Assembly (NCBI GenBank): GCA_963674745.2 | Contig: CAXXDV010000001.1 | Coordinates: 512,001 to 576,000 of the forward strand | Source of the DNA: Desulfosudaceae bacterium | GTDB lineage: Bacteria; Desulfobacterota; Desulfobacteria; Desulfobacterales; Desulfosudaceae | Direction: 5' to 3' | DNA length: 64,000 nucleotides | In this document: positions 1-10,363 of the stretch, piece by piece | Layout of the letters: every line of letters begins with the position of its first letter | Position numbering within the stretch: the first letter of the stretch is position 1 | The notes under the pieces: model-generated | Told to the model about the DNA's origin: nothing | Seen by the model: the letters and a program-made list of their open reading frames with translations, nothing else | Databases searched by the model: none | Program-made: the position numbers and the translations under genes

Positions 1-1158
1 GCATCTATTGTCACGGAAGGGAGAGACGCTTTTTCAGAGGCGCACAGAAAACTATTCGCCATGCTCCATGACCCGTTTGCCCTGGCGCTTTCCAACCATA
101 TCAAACACCGGGAAGTCATCCGGCTGAAAAACACCATTGAAGATGAAAAAAAGAACATTCAGGATGAGTTACATTTCTCCAGGGAAGTCACCATTGTCGG
201 CGGCACTTCAGGCTTAAAGGGGGTCCTGGAAAGTGCCCGGGTTGTCGCCCGTCGGAACAGCCCGGTACTATTGTCAGGAGAGACGGGTGTGGGCAAAGAA
301 ATCATCGCCAATTTCATCCACCATCAATCTTCACGAAAAAGCGGCCCCTTGATCAAAGTCAATTGCGGCGCCATACCGGACACCCTGGTGGACAGCGAAC
401 TGTTCGGTCATGAGAAAGGGGCTTTCACCGGCGCTGAGGCCCGAAAAAAAGGCCGTTTTGAAAGGGCCGACGGCGGTACGATCTTTCTGGATGAAGTCGC
501 GGAACTGCCCCCCCCGGTCCAGGTCCGCATGCTGCGGGTCCTGCAGAATCAAATCATCGAGCGGGTCGGCGGGACAGGGTCTATACCCGTTAATATCCGG
601 ATCATTGCCGCCACCCACCGCAACCTGGAAGAATTGGTCGCCGCCGGCAGATTCCGGGAAGACCTGTGGTTCCGTCTGAATGTGTTTCCCATCCATATCC
701 CCCCCCTGCGATCCCGGCGATCGGACATTCCGGCACTGGTAGATTTCTTCATTGATAAAAAATCCCGCGAAATGAATTTCCATGTTGTACCGTCGCTTTC
801 TCCGGATGCAATGAAGCGCCTTGTCGCGTATGAATGGCCGGGGAATATCCGCGAACTGGAAAATGTTATTGAAAGGGAACTGATCCTGAAAAAGGGCGAA
901 CTGCTCACCTTTGAGAGTCTGATCCCCTCGCGCCCGGCAAACAACCCCCTGGATAATGTAATGACAAAAGACGATGTCCTGCCCCTTGATGAGATCTATA
1001 CCCGTCATATCAGAAAAGTCCTGGAGATAACCGGCGGAAAGATCAGCGGCCCGGGCGGTGCGGCGGAAAAGCTGAAAATAAAACCGGGGACCCTCCGCAA
1101 ACGGATGGACAAACTGGGAATTGATTACGGGTGGAAGAAACAGGATAAAACGACGTGA
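1..1158 (+). CDS. sigma54-dependent transcriptional activator (GAF-AAA+-Fis HTH), 5' end outside window
   Basis: Walker A GETGVGKE, GAFTGA loop, FLDEV Walker B, WPGNIREL, C-terminal HTH; frame open from base 1. Confidence 0.95.
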   Translation, partial: ASIVTEGRDAFSEAHRKLFAMLHDPFALALSNHIKHREVIRLKNTIEDEKKNIQDELHFSREVTIVGGTSGLKGVLESARVVARRNSPVLLSGETGVGKEIIANFIHHQSSRKSGPLIKVNCGAIPDTLVDSELFGHEKGAFTGAEARKKGRFERADGGTIFLDEVAELPPPVQVRMLRVLQNQIIERVGGTGSIPVNIRIIAATHRNLEELVAAGRFREDLWFRLNVFPIHIPPLRSRRSDIPALVDFFIDKKSREMNFHVVPSLSPDAMKRLVAYEWPGNIRELENVIERELILKKGELLTFESLIPSRPANNPLDNVMTKDDVLPLDEIYTRHIRKVLEITGGKISGPGGAAEKLKIKPGTLRKRMDKLGIDYGWKKQDKTT

Positions 1159-1205
1159 AATGATGCCATTGAAAAATTCATTCAATATCCGGCGCCCGGC
1201 CGGAT

Positions 1206-1234
1206 ATTGACACACCCGCCCGATGTTGTTATAA
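1206..1234 (+). promoter_or_regulatory. sigma70-like promoter upstream of metallophosphoesterase
   Basis: TTGACA-17 bp-TATAAA with TG extended -10. Confidence 0.5.
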
Positions 1235-1343
1235 ATACCGGTCAAAAAGGTAAGCCTTTGTCCCTTCCTTAACAAAACGGGTATAAATCAGCATCGGGAA
1301 TCACGCGCACGGTTTTTGTCCCGGCCTACAGTTGAGAACAACC

Positions 1344-2075
1344 ATGCGAACCGCGATAGTTTCAGATATTCATGGAAACCTGGAGGCTTTCTCAAGCGTC
1401 CTTGACGATATTCAATCACAGCGAGCCGACCGCATTGTTGCTCTGGGGGACAATATCGGCTATGGTGCGGATTCTGAAAAAGTCGTACAATTGCTGATTG
1501 CCGGCCAGATCCCCTCCGTGCTGGGCAATCATGAGATGGCGGTTCTTGATGACAGGGTTCTCAAATGGCACACCGGAGATGTCAGAAAAGCCATTGAAAT
1601 TGCGGCAGCAGGCCTTTCGACGTCCTCTTGGCGTTATTTAAGGGAATGCCGGACAAGTATATCGGATTCCGGGTGTTTTTTCGTCCACGGGTTTCCGCCC
1701 GATTCCTTCAGGCTATACCTGCACCAGGTGGGAGAAGATCAACTGCAACAGGCTTTTACAGAAATGAAAGACGATTTATGTTTTGTGGGCCACACCCATC
1801 AGCTCCGGCTGCTGTATTACGAAAAAAACCGGATAATGCTTCAACCCATGGATCAGGCGGTGCTGCCAATCCCCAAAAACAGAAAATATTTCGTCAACGC
1901 CGGCAGTGTCGGACAACCCCGGGACGGTGATGCCCGGGCCAAGTATGTCATCTGGGATTCACGGGCCTGCCGGATAGAAGTCAGGGCTGTTGAATATGAG
2001 GCCGCTGCCGCTGCCCGAAAAATAATTGCGGCCGGTATTCCGGCCCGGTTTGCCGCCATGGTCGAGGGGGAATGA
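1344..2075 (+). CDS. calcineurin-like metallophosphoesterase
   Basis: SDIHGN, GDNIGYG, GNHE, HG, GHTH, NAGSVGQPRDG motifs. Confidence 0.92.
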   Translation: MRTAIVSDIHGNLEAFSSVLDDIQSQRADRIVALGDNIGYGADSEKVVQLLIAGQIPSVLGNHEMAVLDDRVLKWHTGDVRKAIEIAAAGLSTSSWRYLRECRTSISDSGCFFVHGFPPDSFRLYLHQVGEDQLQQAFTEMKDDLCFVGHTHQLRLLYYEKNRIMLQPMDQAVLPIPKNRKYFVNAGSVGQPRDGDARAKYVIWDSRACRIEVRAVEYEAAAAARKIIAAGIPARFAAMVEGE

Positions 2076-2080
2076 TGAAT

Positions 2081-3448
2081 TCAGACGGAACAAACCGCTT
2101 TGGCATAGAAGCCGTCCAGGATATCCCCGGAAGCCACAAAGCCCATTCCAACATCCACAAACCAGGCCGCCCTTTTTGATCTTGTATCACCGCTCCAGAC
2201 CCATTTCTGGACCGAAGACAGGGGTGATTGAAAACAGAAATCTTCTCCCGGCGGCGGGGGATTCAACAGGGACAGGAGTTCATTGACCGTCGGCAGGCGC
2301 CAGTTTTCATATCCCCCGAATTTCTGACGGTTTAACGAGAGAACGTACTGATCTGCCTGATCCCATGACAAAAGGGACTCCGACCCGGATTGCTGCCAGG
2401 CCAGGCTGGTCCCGGCGTCAACGAGAACTCCGTCTTTGGAAACGCCGAACCGGTTTTCCAGGTATTGCCGCGGTCGCTGGAATTCATCGATGTTAAAAAC
2501 AGAGGTGGCGCGCCGAACCGGCACCCTCTCAGGTTCGGATCTTAAAACGGCTGGTGCTGACCGTTCTTTATTTATTGGCCGGGGGAAAAAATCGTCCCCG
2601 GGGCTGCAGGCCGCCTCTATCCGGCGTTTGAAATCCCGGTAGCAGGCGCGGATATCATGAAACATCGAGCTTGCGTCCTGAAACCGCCTGTCCGGATCAG
2701 GATGAATGGACATTAAGATGAGTTCATCCCACACGCCGTCCAGGTCAGGGTTGAGGTCGCCCGGCCGTTTAAACGGTTTTTGAGGCAGGATTCCGGTCAG
2801 CATGCGATACAGCATCACCCCTACAGAATACAGGTCCGCCCGATGATCCGCCTTTCGGGGTGATGCAATCTGCTCCGGCGCGGCATAGTGGGGCGTGCCG
2901 ATCATGACTTTTCCGGAACCGGCCGGCTTTTCTCCCCGCCTTCTGGATAAACCAAAATCGGTTATCTTAACGGTGTCGGTTTCGGTGAGCATCAGGTTGA
3001 ACGGTTTGATATCCCGGTGAACAATACCGGCCTGGTGAAGCCGGGACAACCCGCCCAGTGTTTCAAGAACATAACCCACAGCCTTTTCCATGGGCAAAAC
3101 CCGCGACGGCCTGTCCGCCCAGTATGATTCGCCCATGACAAGGCCCAGGTTGCGGCAAAAATATTCCATTAAGTAATAAACCAGCGCCCCATCCTGTTCC
3201 AGGTTCCGGACCTTTACCACGTGGGGATCCTGCAAATCAGCCAGTATGTTAAATTCATTTGTAAACTGCCCGTAAATCCATTTCATTCCCATTTTTTCAA
3301 TCAGGTCCGGACCCGGTTTTAATAATTTCAAGGCAGCAAATCCGTTTTCCCCGGGGACCATCACCTTGTATACCATCCCCATACTCCCCTGCCCCAGCCG
3401 TGACCGGATCTGATATTTCCCGATGGATTTTATGGCGGTGTTTTTCAT
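2081..3448 (-). CDS. Ser/Thr protein kinase with C-terminal DUF1566/Lcl-like domain
   Basis: GQGSMGMVY, HRDIKPFN, DFG, GTPHYAAPE; C-terminal WRLPTVNEL and W-rich DUF1566 pattern. Confidence 0.9.
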   Translation of the reverse strand: MKNTAIKSIGKYQIRSRLGQGSMGMVYKVMVPGENGFAALKLLKPGPDLIEKMGMKWIYGQFTNEFNILADLQDPHVVKVRNLEQDGALVYYLMEYFCRNLGLVMGESYWADRPSRVLPMEKAVGYVLETLGGLSRLHQAGIVHRDIKPFNLMLTETDTVKITDFGLSRRRGEKPAGSGKVMIGTPHYAAPEQIASPRKADHRADLYSVGVMLYRMLTGILPQKPFKRPGDLNPDLDGVWDELILMSIHPDPDRRFQDASSMFHDIRACYRDFKRRIEAACSPGDDFFPRPINKERSAPAVLRSEPERVPVRRATSVFNIDEFQRPRQYLENRFGVSKDGVLVDAGTSLAWQQSGSESLLSWDQADQYVLSLNRQKFGGYENWRLPTVNELLSLLNPPPPGEDFCFQSPLSSVQKWVWSGDTRSKRAAWFVDVGMGFVASGDILDGFYAKAVCSV

Positions 3449-3480
3449 GCTCGAGGGAAAGCGTTTGCCAGAAAGTGACA

Positions 3481-5142
3481 TTAAGAAGAAAATTTTCGCT
3501 TTATCATTTTTGCCACGGGCGCAGGCATACGGTTCATAGCGTCCAGCACACGGGGCAAGGCCTTCAGTTTCAACCCCCGGAACTCGCTGGGCACAATGGC
3601 GTCAATCAAATGCGGTCCGGGTTCACTGAACGCCTTTTTTAACGCTTTTACCAATGCCCTGGAGGTTTTAACCGTTTGGGCCGGCATCCCCATGCCTCTG
3701 GCAATGGCGGCAAAGTCAATCTCAGGCTGCGACAGGTCGAGCTGTGATTTTGCTTTGCTGCCGGCCTTTTCCGCGCCGACCCTTTCCAGCTCGACATTCA
3801 GAATGGCATAGGACCGGTTGTTGAAAACAACAACAGTGATATCGAGTTCTTCCCTGGCGATGGTCCACAGGGATTGAATCGTATACATGGCCGTCCCGTC
3901 GCCGACCAGGGCGATGACCGGTCGATTTTTTGCGGCGATGGCGGCCCCGAGCGCCACCGGCAATCCCTGGCCGATGGCCCCGCCGGTGAGCGCGAGCAGA
4001 TCGTGCCGGGGCGCACCGGCGGTGAAGGCCGGCAGTTTAAGACCCGAAGTTTGTGCTTCATCGGAGATGATCGCGTTCTCCGGCATCAATGCGCCTATGG
4101 CCCGGCACACTTTCGCCCCGGTCAGTTTGCCCCGGGGACGTTTTGGCCTTTTTACCGCCTGTCGTTGCGGCTCGGTTGTTTCGGCATCAACTGCCGATAC
4201 CAGGCGCTGGAGGCTGCCCAGGGCATCCTGTTCGGGTTTGACCAGGTGGTGAACGGTACAACTATCCGGCACAAGGTAACTTTTCTTGCCCGGGTAGGCG
4301 AAAAACGAAACCGGATCCCTGGCATCGATAATGACAATATCATCGAGACCGTTGAGCTGAACCGAAGCCATCTCCGCCAGGTAGGCGATTCTCTCGATAT
4401 GGGGCAGCCCTGCCCCCCGCTCCAACCGTGCCGGAAAAACTTCCGCAAAAAGCTTTGCACCGGTTTTCTCCGCGATTTTTGATGCCGCAACCAGGCCATC
4501 TTCCAGCAGGACCCTCCGGCCCAGCAGCAGGGCCGTTTTCTTGCCCCGCTGCAGCAGGACTTGTGCGATTGAATTTACGATCGCATCGGGGGCTGATTCT
4601 GGTTCTGTGACCGGCAAGGCCGCCACGGCCTCTCCGCCTTGGCTCCAGGACATGTCAGCAGGGAGGATCAGGGTTGAGATCTGCGCCGGCGGCCCTTTTG
4701 CCGCCGCAACGGCCTGGGCGGCATCAGGCGCGACCTGTTCTGTTGATGTACACGTCCGAATCCACGCCGAAAAATTCCGGGCAACGGTTTCAATATCCGA
4801 CTCCAGCGGGGCATCGTACTGCTTGTGGTAAGTGGCATGGTCACCGATAATATTGACCACCGGCACCCGCGCTTTACGGGCGTTATGCAGATTGGCCAGC
4901 CCGTTTCCCAGCCCGCACCCCAAATGCAGCAAGGTCGCGGCCGGTTTACCGGCGATTCTGGCATATCCGTCGGCAGCCCCGGTTGCGACCCCTTCAAACA
5001 GCGTCAATACGGCTCTCATGTCGGTACTGTCCAAAGCGGCAACAAAGTGCATCTCGGAAGTTCCCGGGTTTGTAAAACAAGTATTTATGCCACTGTTAAT
5101 CAAGGTCTGAATCAAGGCCCTGGCACCGTTACCCATTGGCAT
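3481..5142 (-). CDS. acetolactate synthase large subunit-like ThDP-dependent enzyme
   Basis: NPGTSE, GAADGYAR, GDG...NN ThDP motif. Confidence 0.9.
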   Translation of the reverse strand: MPMGNGARALIQTLINSGINTCFTNPGTSEMHFVAALDSTDMRAVLTLFEGVATGAADGYARIAGKPAATLLHLGCGLGNGLANLHNARKARVPVVNIIGDHATYHKQYDAPLESDIETVARNFSAWIRTCTSTEQVAPDAAQAVAAAKGPPAQISTLILPADMSWSQGGEAVAALPVTEPESAPDAIVNSIAQVLLQRGKKTALLLGRRVLLEDGLVAASKIAEKTGAKLFAEVFPARLERGAGLPHIERIAYLAEMASVQLNGLDDIVIIDARDPVSFFAYPGKKSYLVPDSCTVHHLVKPEQDALGSLQRLVSAVDAETTEPQRQAVKRPKRPRGKLTGAKVCRAIGALMPENAIISDEAQTSGLKLPAFTAGAPRHDLLALTGGAIGQGLPVALGAAIAAKNRPVIALVGDGTAMYTIQSLWTIAREELDITVVVFNNRSYAILNVELERVGAEKAGSKAKSQLDLSQPEIDFAAIARGMGMPAQTVKTSRALVKALKKAFSEPGPHLIDAIVPSEFRGLKLKALPRVLDAMNRMPAPVAKMIKRKFSS

Positions 5143-5249
5143 GCCCCCCTTATCATTAAAGCTTCTTTACATTCTGTATACACCTTTTCCATTTCTAACA
5201 GCAAGCCTGCAAAAAAGATAAGCCGGATTCGCATGACGCCGATGCCCTG

Positions 5250-5400
5250 ATCAGGCTCGCCCCTCTCCAGCGCCACGACTTTCAGCCGGTCTCAGTCCAA
5301 ACCCTGGCGCAAGGCGCCGAGATGCTCATGGGGCAGGTTGTGGATCCGGCAGCGCCGCTGCCGATAATGAGAAAGCTTGTTTTCCTTTTAACCCGGTATT
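5250..5400 (-). pseudogene. remnant of FAD-dependent (GMC-type) oxidoreductase N-terminus
   Basis: FLIIGSGAAGS...ARVWTETG, then after a frameshift KVVALERGE (Rossmann beta-alpha-beta); no downstream continuation. Confidence 0.5.
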
Positions 5401-5589
5401 GAAACTTTTGTCCTTCGGGTGGTGTCAGCGCTAAAAGCGCTGTCATAAAAAATGATCCTAATCTCTTTACATCCGGAGGGGGGTGGGGGGTGGTGAAGAT
5501 CTGCTGCGCAACGGCCTGCAACACAGCCATCAGGTTTTTTTATGTGGGATTTTAAAACCGTTTCTATTCAGGCTATGACTGAAGTCACT

Positions 5590-5949
5590 TTATCGGATCA
5601 CATCAATCATTTGATTGATTTGCGCTGCCTGCGCTGATCCCGGCTGCAAACGGATACCGACCCGATGGAAATGATCATTCTGCTGATTACTGTGGTCAGG
5701 CCTGGAAGGCTTTTCTGAGATGGATATGATTTCCATGGGGATATTGTCAATCTTCATCCCTTTAGGGCCCATCAAACGGATACGCCTGTGACTGTTTTTA
5801 TCGGCAGGCTTTTTATAGCTTTTGAGTGCCATACCGCTCAAGCTGATATCCAGCACCGCTCCGATGAATTTCGGATCGGAATCACAGACGGCAATCATCC
5901 CGTATGAGGGAGTATATCTGGTTTCTCTTCGTTGATCATTATGCAGCAT
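5590..5949 (-). CDS. PilZ-domain protein
   Basis: RRETR and DISLSG c-di-GMP-binding motifs. Confidence 0.85.
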   Translation of the reverse strand: MLHNDQRRETRYTPSYGMIAVCDSDPKFIGAVLDISLSGMALKSYKKPADKNSHRRIRLMGPKGMKIDNIPMEIISISEKPSRPDHSNQQNDHFHRVGIRLQPGSAQAAQINQMIDVIR

Positions 5950-6090
5950 CGTAACGCTCTCCTTTAACGCATTTTAAAAAAAGAAGAATAATTTCAGCGG
6001 CCTTTTTTGTCAACAAAAAATGAACTTCCCGGTGGTGGGACAAATCTGTAATATAAGATGGCGTTTTTCATTTTTATCTGGAGGGCTGAA

Positions 6091-6234
6091 CAGGCTGTCC
6101 AACAACTCGTCATCCCGGGCAGTGGAGCGAAGCGGAACGTGACCCGGGATCCAGTATAAAATTGGTTTTATTCATTTTTCTGGATTCCGGCGCGGAGGCC
6201 GGAATGACGAATGTTGGTGTTATTGGACAGCCTG
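6091..6234. repeat. palindromic miniature element (REP/MITE-like)
   Basis: terminal IR caggctgtccaacaac / gttattggacagcctg (15/16); inner arms gtcatcccggg, ccgggatccag, ctggattccgg, ccggaatgac. Confidence 0.75.
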
Positions 6235-6333
6235 CTTAGCCTTCCAATTGCCTTAAGAGGGCTGAAGTCCTCCGCTATATCTACATAGTCAATAATAAAC
6301 GGCCGTGGCGCTCGTTATCCATTGGCAGGGAGA

Positions 6334-6374
6334 AATAACACAGGCGCCCCTCAAGATGAGGCGCCTGTGTTATT
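6334..6374. terminator. intrinsic terminator-like hairpin after C45 gene
   Basis: aataacacaggcgcc...ggcgcctgtgttatt inverted repeat. Confidence 0.65.
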
Positions 6375-6395
6375 GACAATTACTGCTCCGTACCT

Positions 6396-7895
6396 TTATT
6401 CCAACACTAATGTGGTTGCGCCCTGGCCGAATTTCGGCCCGGCAAAGGTGGTCATTTTCAGGTTGGTCAGGTCAAAAAGAGTGGTGCTTTGGTGGACCGA
6501 ACTGTTCGGGCCCTGGCCATCGGCAGTATACATCCAGTTAATAAAGTCGAGCGCCTTGTTGTAATCATATGTGCCGTAATCCTTCTTGAGCAGAGGGATC
6601 ATTTTGTCATAGCGTCTTTTGGAATCGCTATCCACATAGGTGCCGGTAAGCGAGTTCATATTAAGCGCCAGAAAATGGTTTGTCTGTATCAGAGCATCTC
6701 CATAGGTTTCCTGCTGGTCAACACCATATAAAATGGGTACAAGGGAATTCTGCCGATGGTTCAAGTACCGGCAAGCGTAATTGTGCGCCGACACCTCCAG
6801 GGACACGCCGCCCCGGTTGGCCCCTTGCCCGTCGGCAATGGCATATATCCAGGAAGCACCCCGCTTGGATTTTTCGATCATCGAAACGGCCTCGGGCAAC
6901 TCATTGGCCTTTTCCATGACCCAGCGGGCGGTCAGCAGGCATCCCATACCGACATCACCGGGCACACAATCAAAGGCCGGCACCATGTCCATGCCGATGC
7001 CAAGGCCTTTTTCATTCATGGCGGCGATGCACCCTACCAGTCCGGCCACACCGACATTGATCACCCGGTTTTTGTCCTTGCCGCAGGTCTCGATAATAAC
7101 CGGGTGGTCGGAAAACCCCTTGCCGCCGAACATGAAGTCCCGGCCAAGATAGAGGTTTCCGGTCTTGGTGGCGTTGCCGTCCAGGATATGCGCGTTGCAA
7201 GACAGGCTAAGGCTGTCAAGCAGCTCCCCGGTTTTAACAAGCGTGACCATAATCGGATAGCCGGCGCTTAAGAAGGCATCAAAACCCACATTGAGAAGCA
7301 GGACATCTTCGTAAGGAAGATCTATCCCTCTTGCCCGGGCGCCGTCAGAAATACCGCGCATTTCGTCCCTGTATTCTTTTGGAATATACTGTGAATTGAA
7401 CAATGCGATTTGCTTGAAAGTGAAAAGCAGTATATCCGCGAGCGACGTATCGGGAAAATTCGAGATATCCATACCCAGAGATTCCAGGAGAACTTCCGCT
7501 ATCGGTTTTAAAAATATATTTACATCGATACCTGTATTCCCGCCTATCATGCTGGTGCCGAGATCTAAGTAGAAATCTTCGGCTGCAACCGCCTTGCACT
7601 TTTCCGGAATCAGATACCCTTGCTGGTAGCCCATTTCATATCCGCTGCCTTCCAGGTGAAGGAAGGGCTGTTTATGTCCCGTATCCGTGATGATATATTC
7701 CAGATAGCCTTTTCCGCCGGGTGCGTACGTGCGATCGACGTGGAGGCCGGGCCCAGGGCCGTCGACGACGGGCTGGGGTGGTGGTGGTGGCGGGGGTTTG
7801 GGTGCAAATGCAAATGCAGTGGTTGCCTGAAAAAACAGACACAGGGTAATCATTAATAAAACAAACAGCTTACCAGACAAACATTTTTTCCTCAT
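6396..7895 (-). CDS. secreted C45-family (Ntn-hydrolase) amidase/acyltransferase, poly-Pro after signal peptide
   Basis: LEGSGYEMGYQQG, EMRGISDGA, nucleophile S|CNA, GRDF, MNEKGL, TNHF; signal peptide then PKPPPPPPPQP. Confidence 0.85.
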   Translation of the reverse strand: MRKKCLSGKLFVLLMITLCLFFQATTAFAFAPKPPPPPPPQPVVDGPGPGLHVDRTYAPGGKGYLEYIITDTGHKQPFLHLEGSGYEMGYQQGYLIPEKCKAVAAEDFYLDLGTSMIGGNTGIDVNIFLKPIAEVLLESLGMDISNFPDTSLADILLFTFKQIALFNSQYIPKEYRDEMRGISDGARARGIDLPYEDVLLLNVGFDAFLSAGYPIMVTLVKTGELLDSLSLSCNAHILDGNATKTGNLYLGRDFMFGGKGFSDHPVIIETCGKDKNRVINVGVAGLVGCIAAMNEKGLGIGMDMVPAFDCVPGDVGMGCLLTARWVMEKANELPEAVSMIEKSKRGASWIYAIADGQGANRGGVSLEVSAHNYACRYLNHRQNSLVPILYGVDQQETYGDALIQTNHFLALNMNSLTGTYVDSDSKRRYDKMIPLLKKDYGTYDYNKALDFINWMYTADGQGPNSSVHQSTTLFDLTNLKMTTFAGPKFGQGATTLVLE

Positions 7896-7980
7896 TCTTT
7901 CATCCCCCTACCTGAATAATGTTGCTGTTATGGTTGCTTGCAAAAGAGCAAGGCAACCTTTTATTATTTTAATCTGTATA

Positions 7981-8096
7981 GCATTAATCATGCCGAAAAA
8001 ATTATTCCATAATATTCAACAGGTTGCTATTTTCACAGCCCCCGGGCTTCGAAATATGAAAGAATTAACTGTGAAATATGAAAAGTTGCCATATAA
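7981..8096 (-). promoter_or_regulatory. sigma54 promoter + IHF-like site + upstream activator repeats
   Basis: minus-strand CGGCATGATTAATGC (7981-7995); attcaacaggttg (8014-8026); gaaatatgaaa twice (8051, 8073). Confidence 0.7.
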
Positions 8097-8119
8097 TAGA
8101 AAATCAGATTGGATACGCT

Positions 8120-10186
8120 ATGAAAATTCGACCCGACAAACTTTTACAGCAGGTGCAAAAGCGCGTCTTTGATGAAGACGACCTTGAGGGGGGGCTGCTT
8201 GATATCTATAAATGCATTTCAGATGTGGTGCCCCTGGAAAGGGTGCTGCTGCTCCATTTCGATCATGATCGGAAGATGTGCCGGGTTATCGCCCATGCCA
8301 TTGGGGTGGGTGCCGAAGAAACCAATTTCATGTTCGACGTTCCCGATGAGATCATTGAACTGTTATGCAGCCAGGCCATGCCCGAGACCCACATCATCAA
8401 CCAGCCGGACAAGGACCCCCTGGGCGCAGAGGTAATGAAGTACAGCGGCATGTCCGACTGGTCGGCATTTCTTGTAAATTTCAAAAACGATACCAACACC
8501 TATGGCGCGGCTGTGATCCTGACTGACGGCAGGGATAAGTTCAAGCAAGATCATTCTTACCGGATCACGCGTTTAAAAGCCCCCCTGCAGCTGGCACTGG
8601 ATACCGCCATCACAGCAAACGAAAAGCGGATTCAGCCGCCCTTGTGGAAAGAACCTGTGGCGGATAAAAATGAATTTTTCCGCCAGGTCACCCGGCGTTT
8701 ATGCGGCCACCTTGACCTGAAAACCGGTGTCGATCTGTGCAATCAATACCTCAGCCGCTTTTTGCCGGCTGACGCGCTTATGGTCATGCAGGTCGAAACG
8801 GGCCTGAAATCCGAACGTATTCATGCCGAGGCCTTCGGGATGCTGCAGCTGCACACCCAGCCTGTTGTCCCCTGGGCACCGGGAAGACCGGCCCCTGATG
8901 CCTTCAGGGAAGGGTTTGAGGCACACATCATCAATGAACCTGAGGACTATCCTGAGATGCGCCCCTATTTCAACCTTTTCGGTGATGACTGGTCGGCGAT
9001 TATCATGCCCCTCGTCCACGAGGACCGGCCGTTTGGTGTCGCGATAATGGCGCTGGTCGGTAAAAACCGCTATACAGAAACGCACAAGCAACTGTTTTCA
9101 TTACTCCATGACCCGTTTGCCCTGGCCCTCTCAAACAACATCAAGCACCGCGAGGTCATCCGGCTGAAAAACATCATCTCGCAGGAGAGAAAAGACCTTC
9201 AGAAAGAATTGAATTTCCCCGCAGCAGGCACTATCGTCGGTGCCAGGCATGGCTTAAGAGATGTCATGGACAGTGCCCGCCTTGTTGCCGAACAGGACAG
9301 CCCGGTATTGCTGACAGGAGAAACCGGCGTGGGCAAGGAAATTATCGCCAATTTCATCCATCAGCAGTCATCGCGAAGAGACGGCCCTTTTATCAAGGTG
9401 AATTGCGGTGCCATACCGGATACGCTGGTGGACAGTGAGCTGTTCGGTCATGAGAAAGGGGCTTTCACCGACGCCCGAAGCCGGAAAAAGGGCCGCTTTG
9501 AACGGGCCAGCAGGGGAACCATTTTTCTGGATGAAATCGGCGAACTGCCCCTGCCGGCCCAGGTGCGCCTGCTCCGGGTGCTGCAAAACAAAGTCATTGA
9601 ACGCGTTGGCGGCACCGAAGCCATACCCGTTGACATCCGCATTATCGCCGCCACCCACCGCAACCTGGAAGAACTGATGGCTTCCGGGAAGTTCAGAGAA
9701 GACCTGTGGTTCCGCCTGAATGTATTTCCCATCCGGATCCCTCCCCTGCGTTCAAGAAAAGAGGATATCCCGGCCCTGGCAGACCACTTTATCGAGAAGA
9801 AATCCTTTGAATTACGATTCCAGGACCAGCCGACCCTTTCGACAAACGCCATGCGAAGGTTGACCGCTTATGATTGGCCGGGAAACGTCCGCGAACTGGA
9901 GAACGTGATTGAAAGGGAATTGATCCTGAACAAAGGCGGGCGGCTGACGTTTCAGCATGTCAGCCCCGAACCGCCGAAAGACAACCCTTCTGAACCGGCC
10001 ATTAAGGAAGATAATATCCTGTCCCTGGATGAGGTCTTTGCCCGTCATGCAAAAGAAGCGCTGACCCTTTCCGGCGGAAGGGTTGAAGGTCCGGGTGGTG
10101 CCTCGGAATTGCTGGGCATTAAACCCGGCACCCTGCGCAGCAGAATGAAAAAACTCGGGATTCCCTACGGCAGGAATAAGACATGA
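8120..10186 (+). CDS. sigma54-dependent activator with two GAF-like domains
   Basis: GETGVGKE, GAFTDA, FLDEIG, WPGNVREL, HTH; long N-terminal sensor region. Confidence 0.95.
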   Translation: MKIRPDKLLQQVQKRVFDEDDLEGGLLDIYKCISDVVPLERVLLLHFDHDRKMCRVIAHAIGVGAEETNFMFDVPDEIIELLCSQAMPETHIINQPDKDPLGAEVMKYSGMSDWSAFLVNFKNDTNTYGAAVILTDGRDKFKQDHSYRITRLKAPLQLALDTAITANEKRIQPPLWKEPVADKNEFFRQVTRRLCGHLDLKTGVDLCNQYLSRFLPADALMVMQVETGLKSERIHAEAFGMLQLHTQPVVPWAPGRPAPDAFREGFEAHIINEPEDYPEMRPYFNLFGDDWSAIIMPLVHEDRPFGVAIMALVGKNRYTETHKQLFSLLHDPFALALSNNIKHREVIRLKNIISQERKDLQKELNFPAAGTIVGARHGLRDVMDSARLVAEQDSPVLLTGETGVGKEIIANFIHQQSSRRDGPFIKVNCGAIPDTLVDSELFGHEKGAFTDARSRKKGRFERASRGTIFLDEIGELPLPAQVRLLRVLQNKVIERVGGTEAIPVDIRIIAATHRNLEELMASGKFREDLWFRLNVFPIRIPPLRSRKEDIPALADHFIEKKSFELRFQDQPTLSTNAMRRLTAYDWPGNVRELENVIERELILNKGGRLTFQHVSPEPPKDNPSEPAIKEDNILSLDEVFARHAKEALTLSGGRVEGPGGASELLGIKPGTLRSRMKKLGIPYGRNKT

Positions 10187-10257
10187 TACACATATTTCAT
10201 GGACTGTTCTGAAATCCTGATCATCGGCCCATTGCAAGGCGCAAGGCATGCATACAC

Positions 10258-10345
10258 GTAGGGGCACCCCCCTGTGGGTGCCCTTCTATCGGGCGGCCAC
10301 GGGGGGGTGCCCTTCTATCGGGCGGCCACGGGGGGCCGCCCCTAC
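10258..10345. repeat. GTAG-family REP doublet with internal 29-bp tandem duplication
   Basis: GTAGGGGCACCC...GCCCCTAC ends; gggtgcccttctatcgggcggccacgggg occurs twice. Confidence 0.75.
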
Positions 10346-10363
10346 TAATAATTGGTGAACGAT

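Noticed and set aside
331..1275. Long antisense ORFs (also 25098-26144, 45752-46729)
   Set aside because: Shadows of well-supported genes with no recognisable motifs
10258..10345. CRISPR array
   Set aside because: Two abutting copies with no unique spacers and no cas genes
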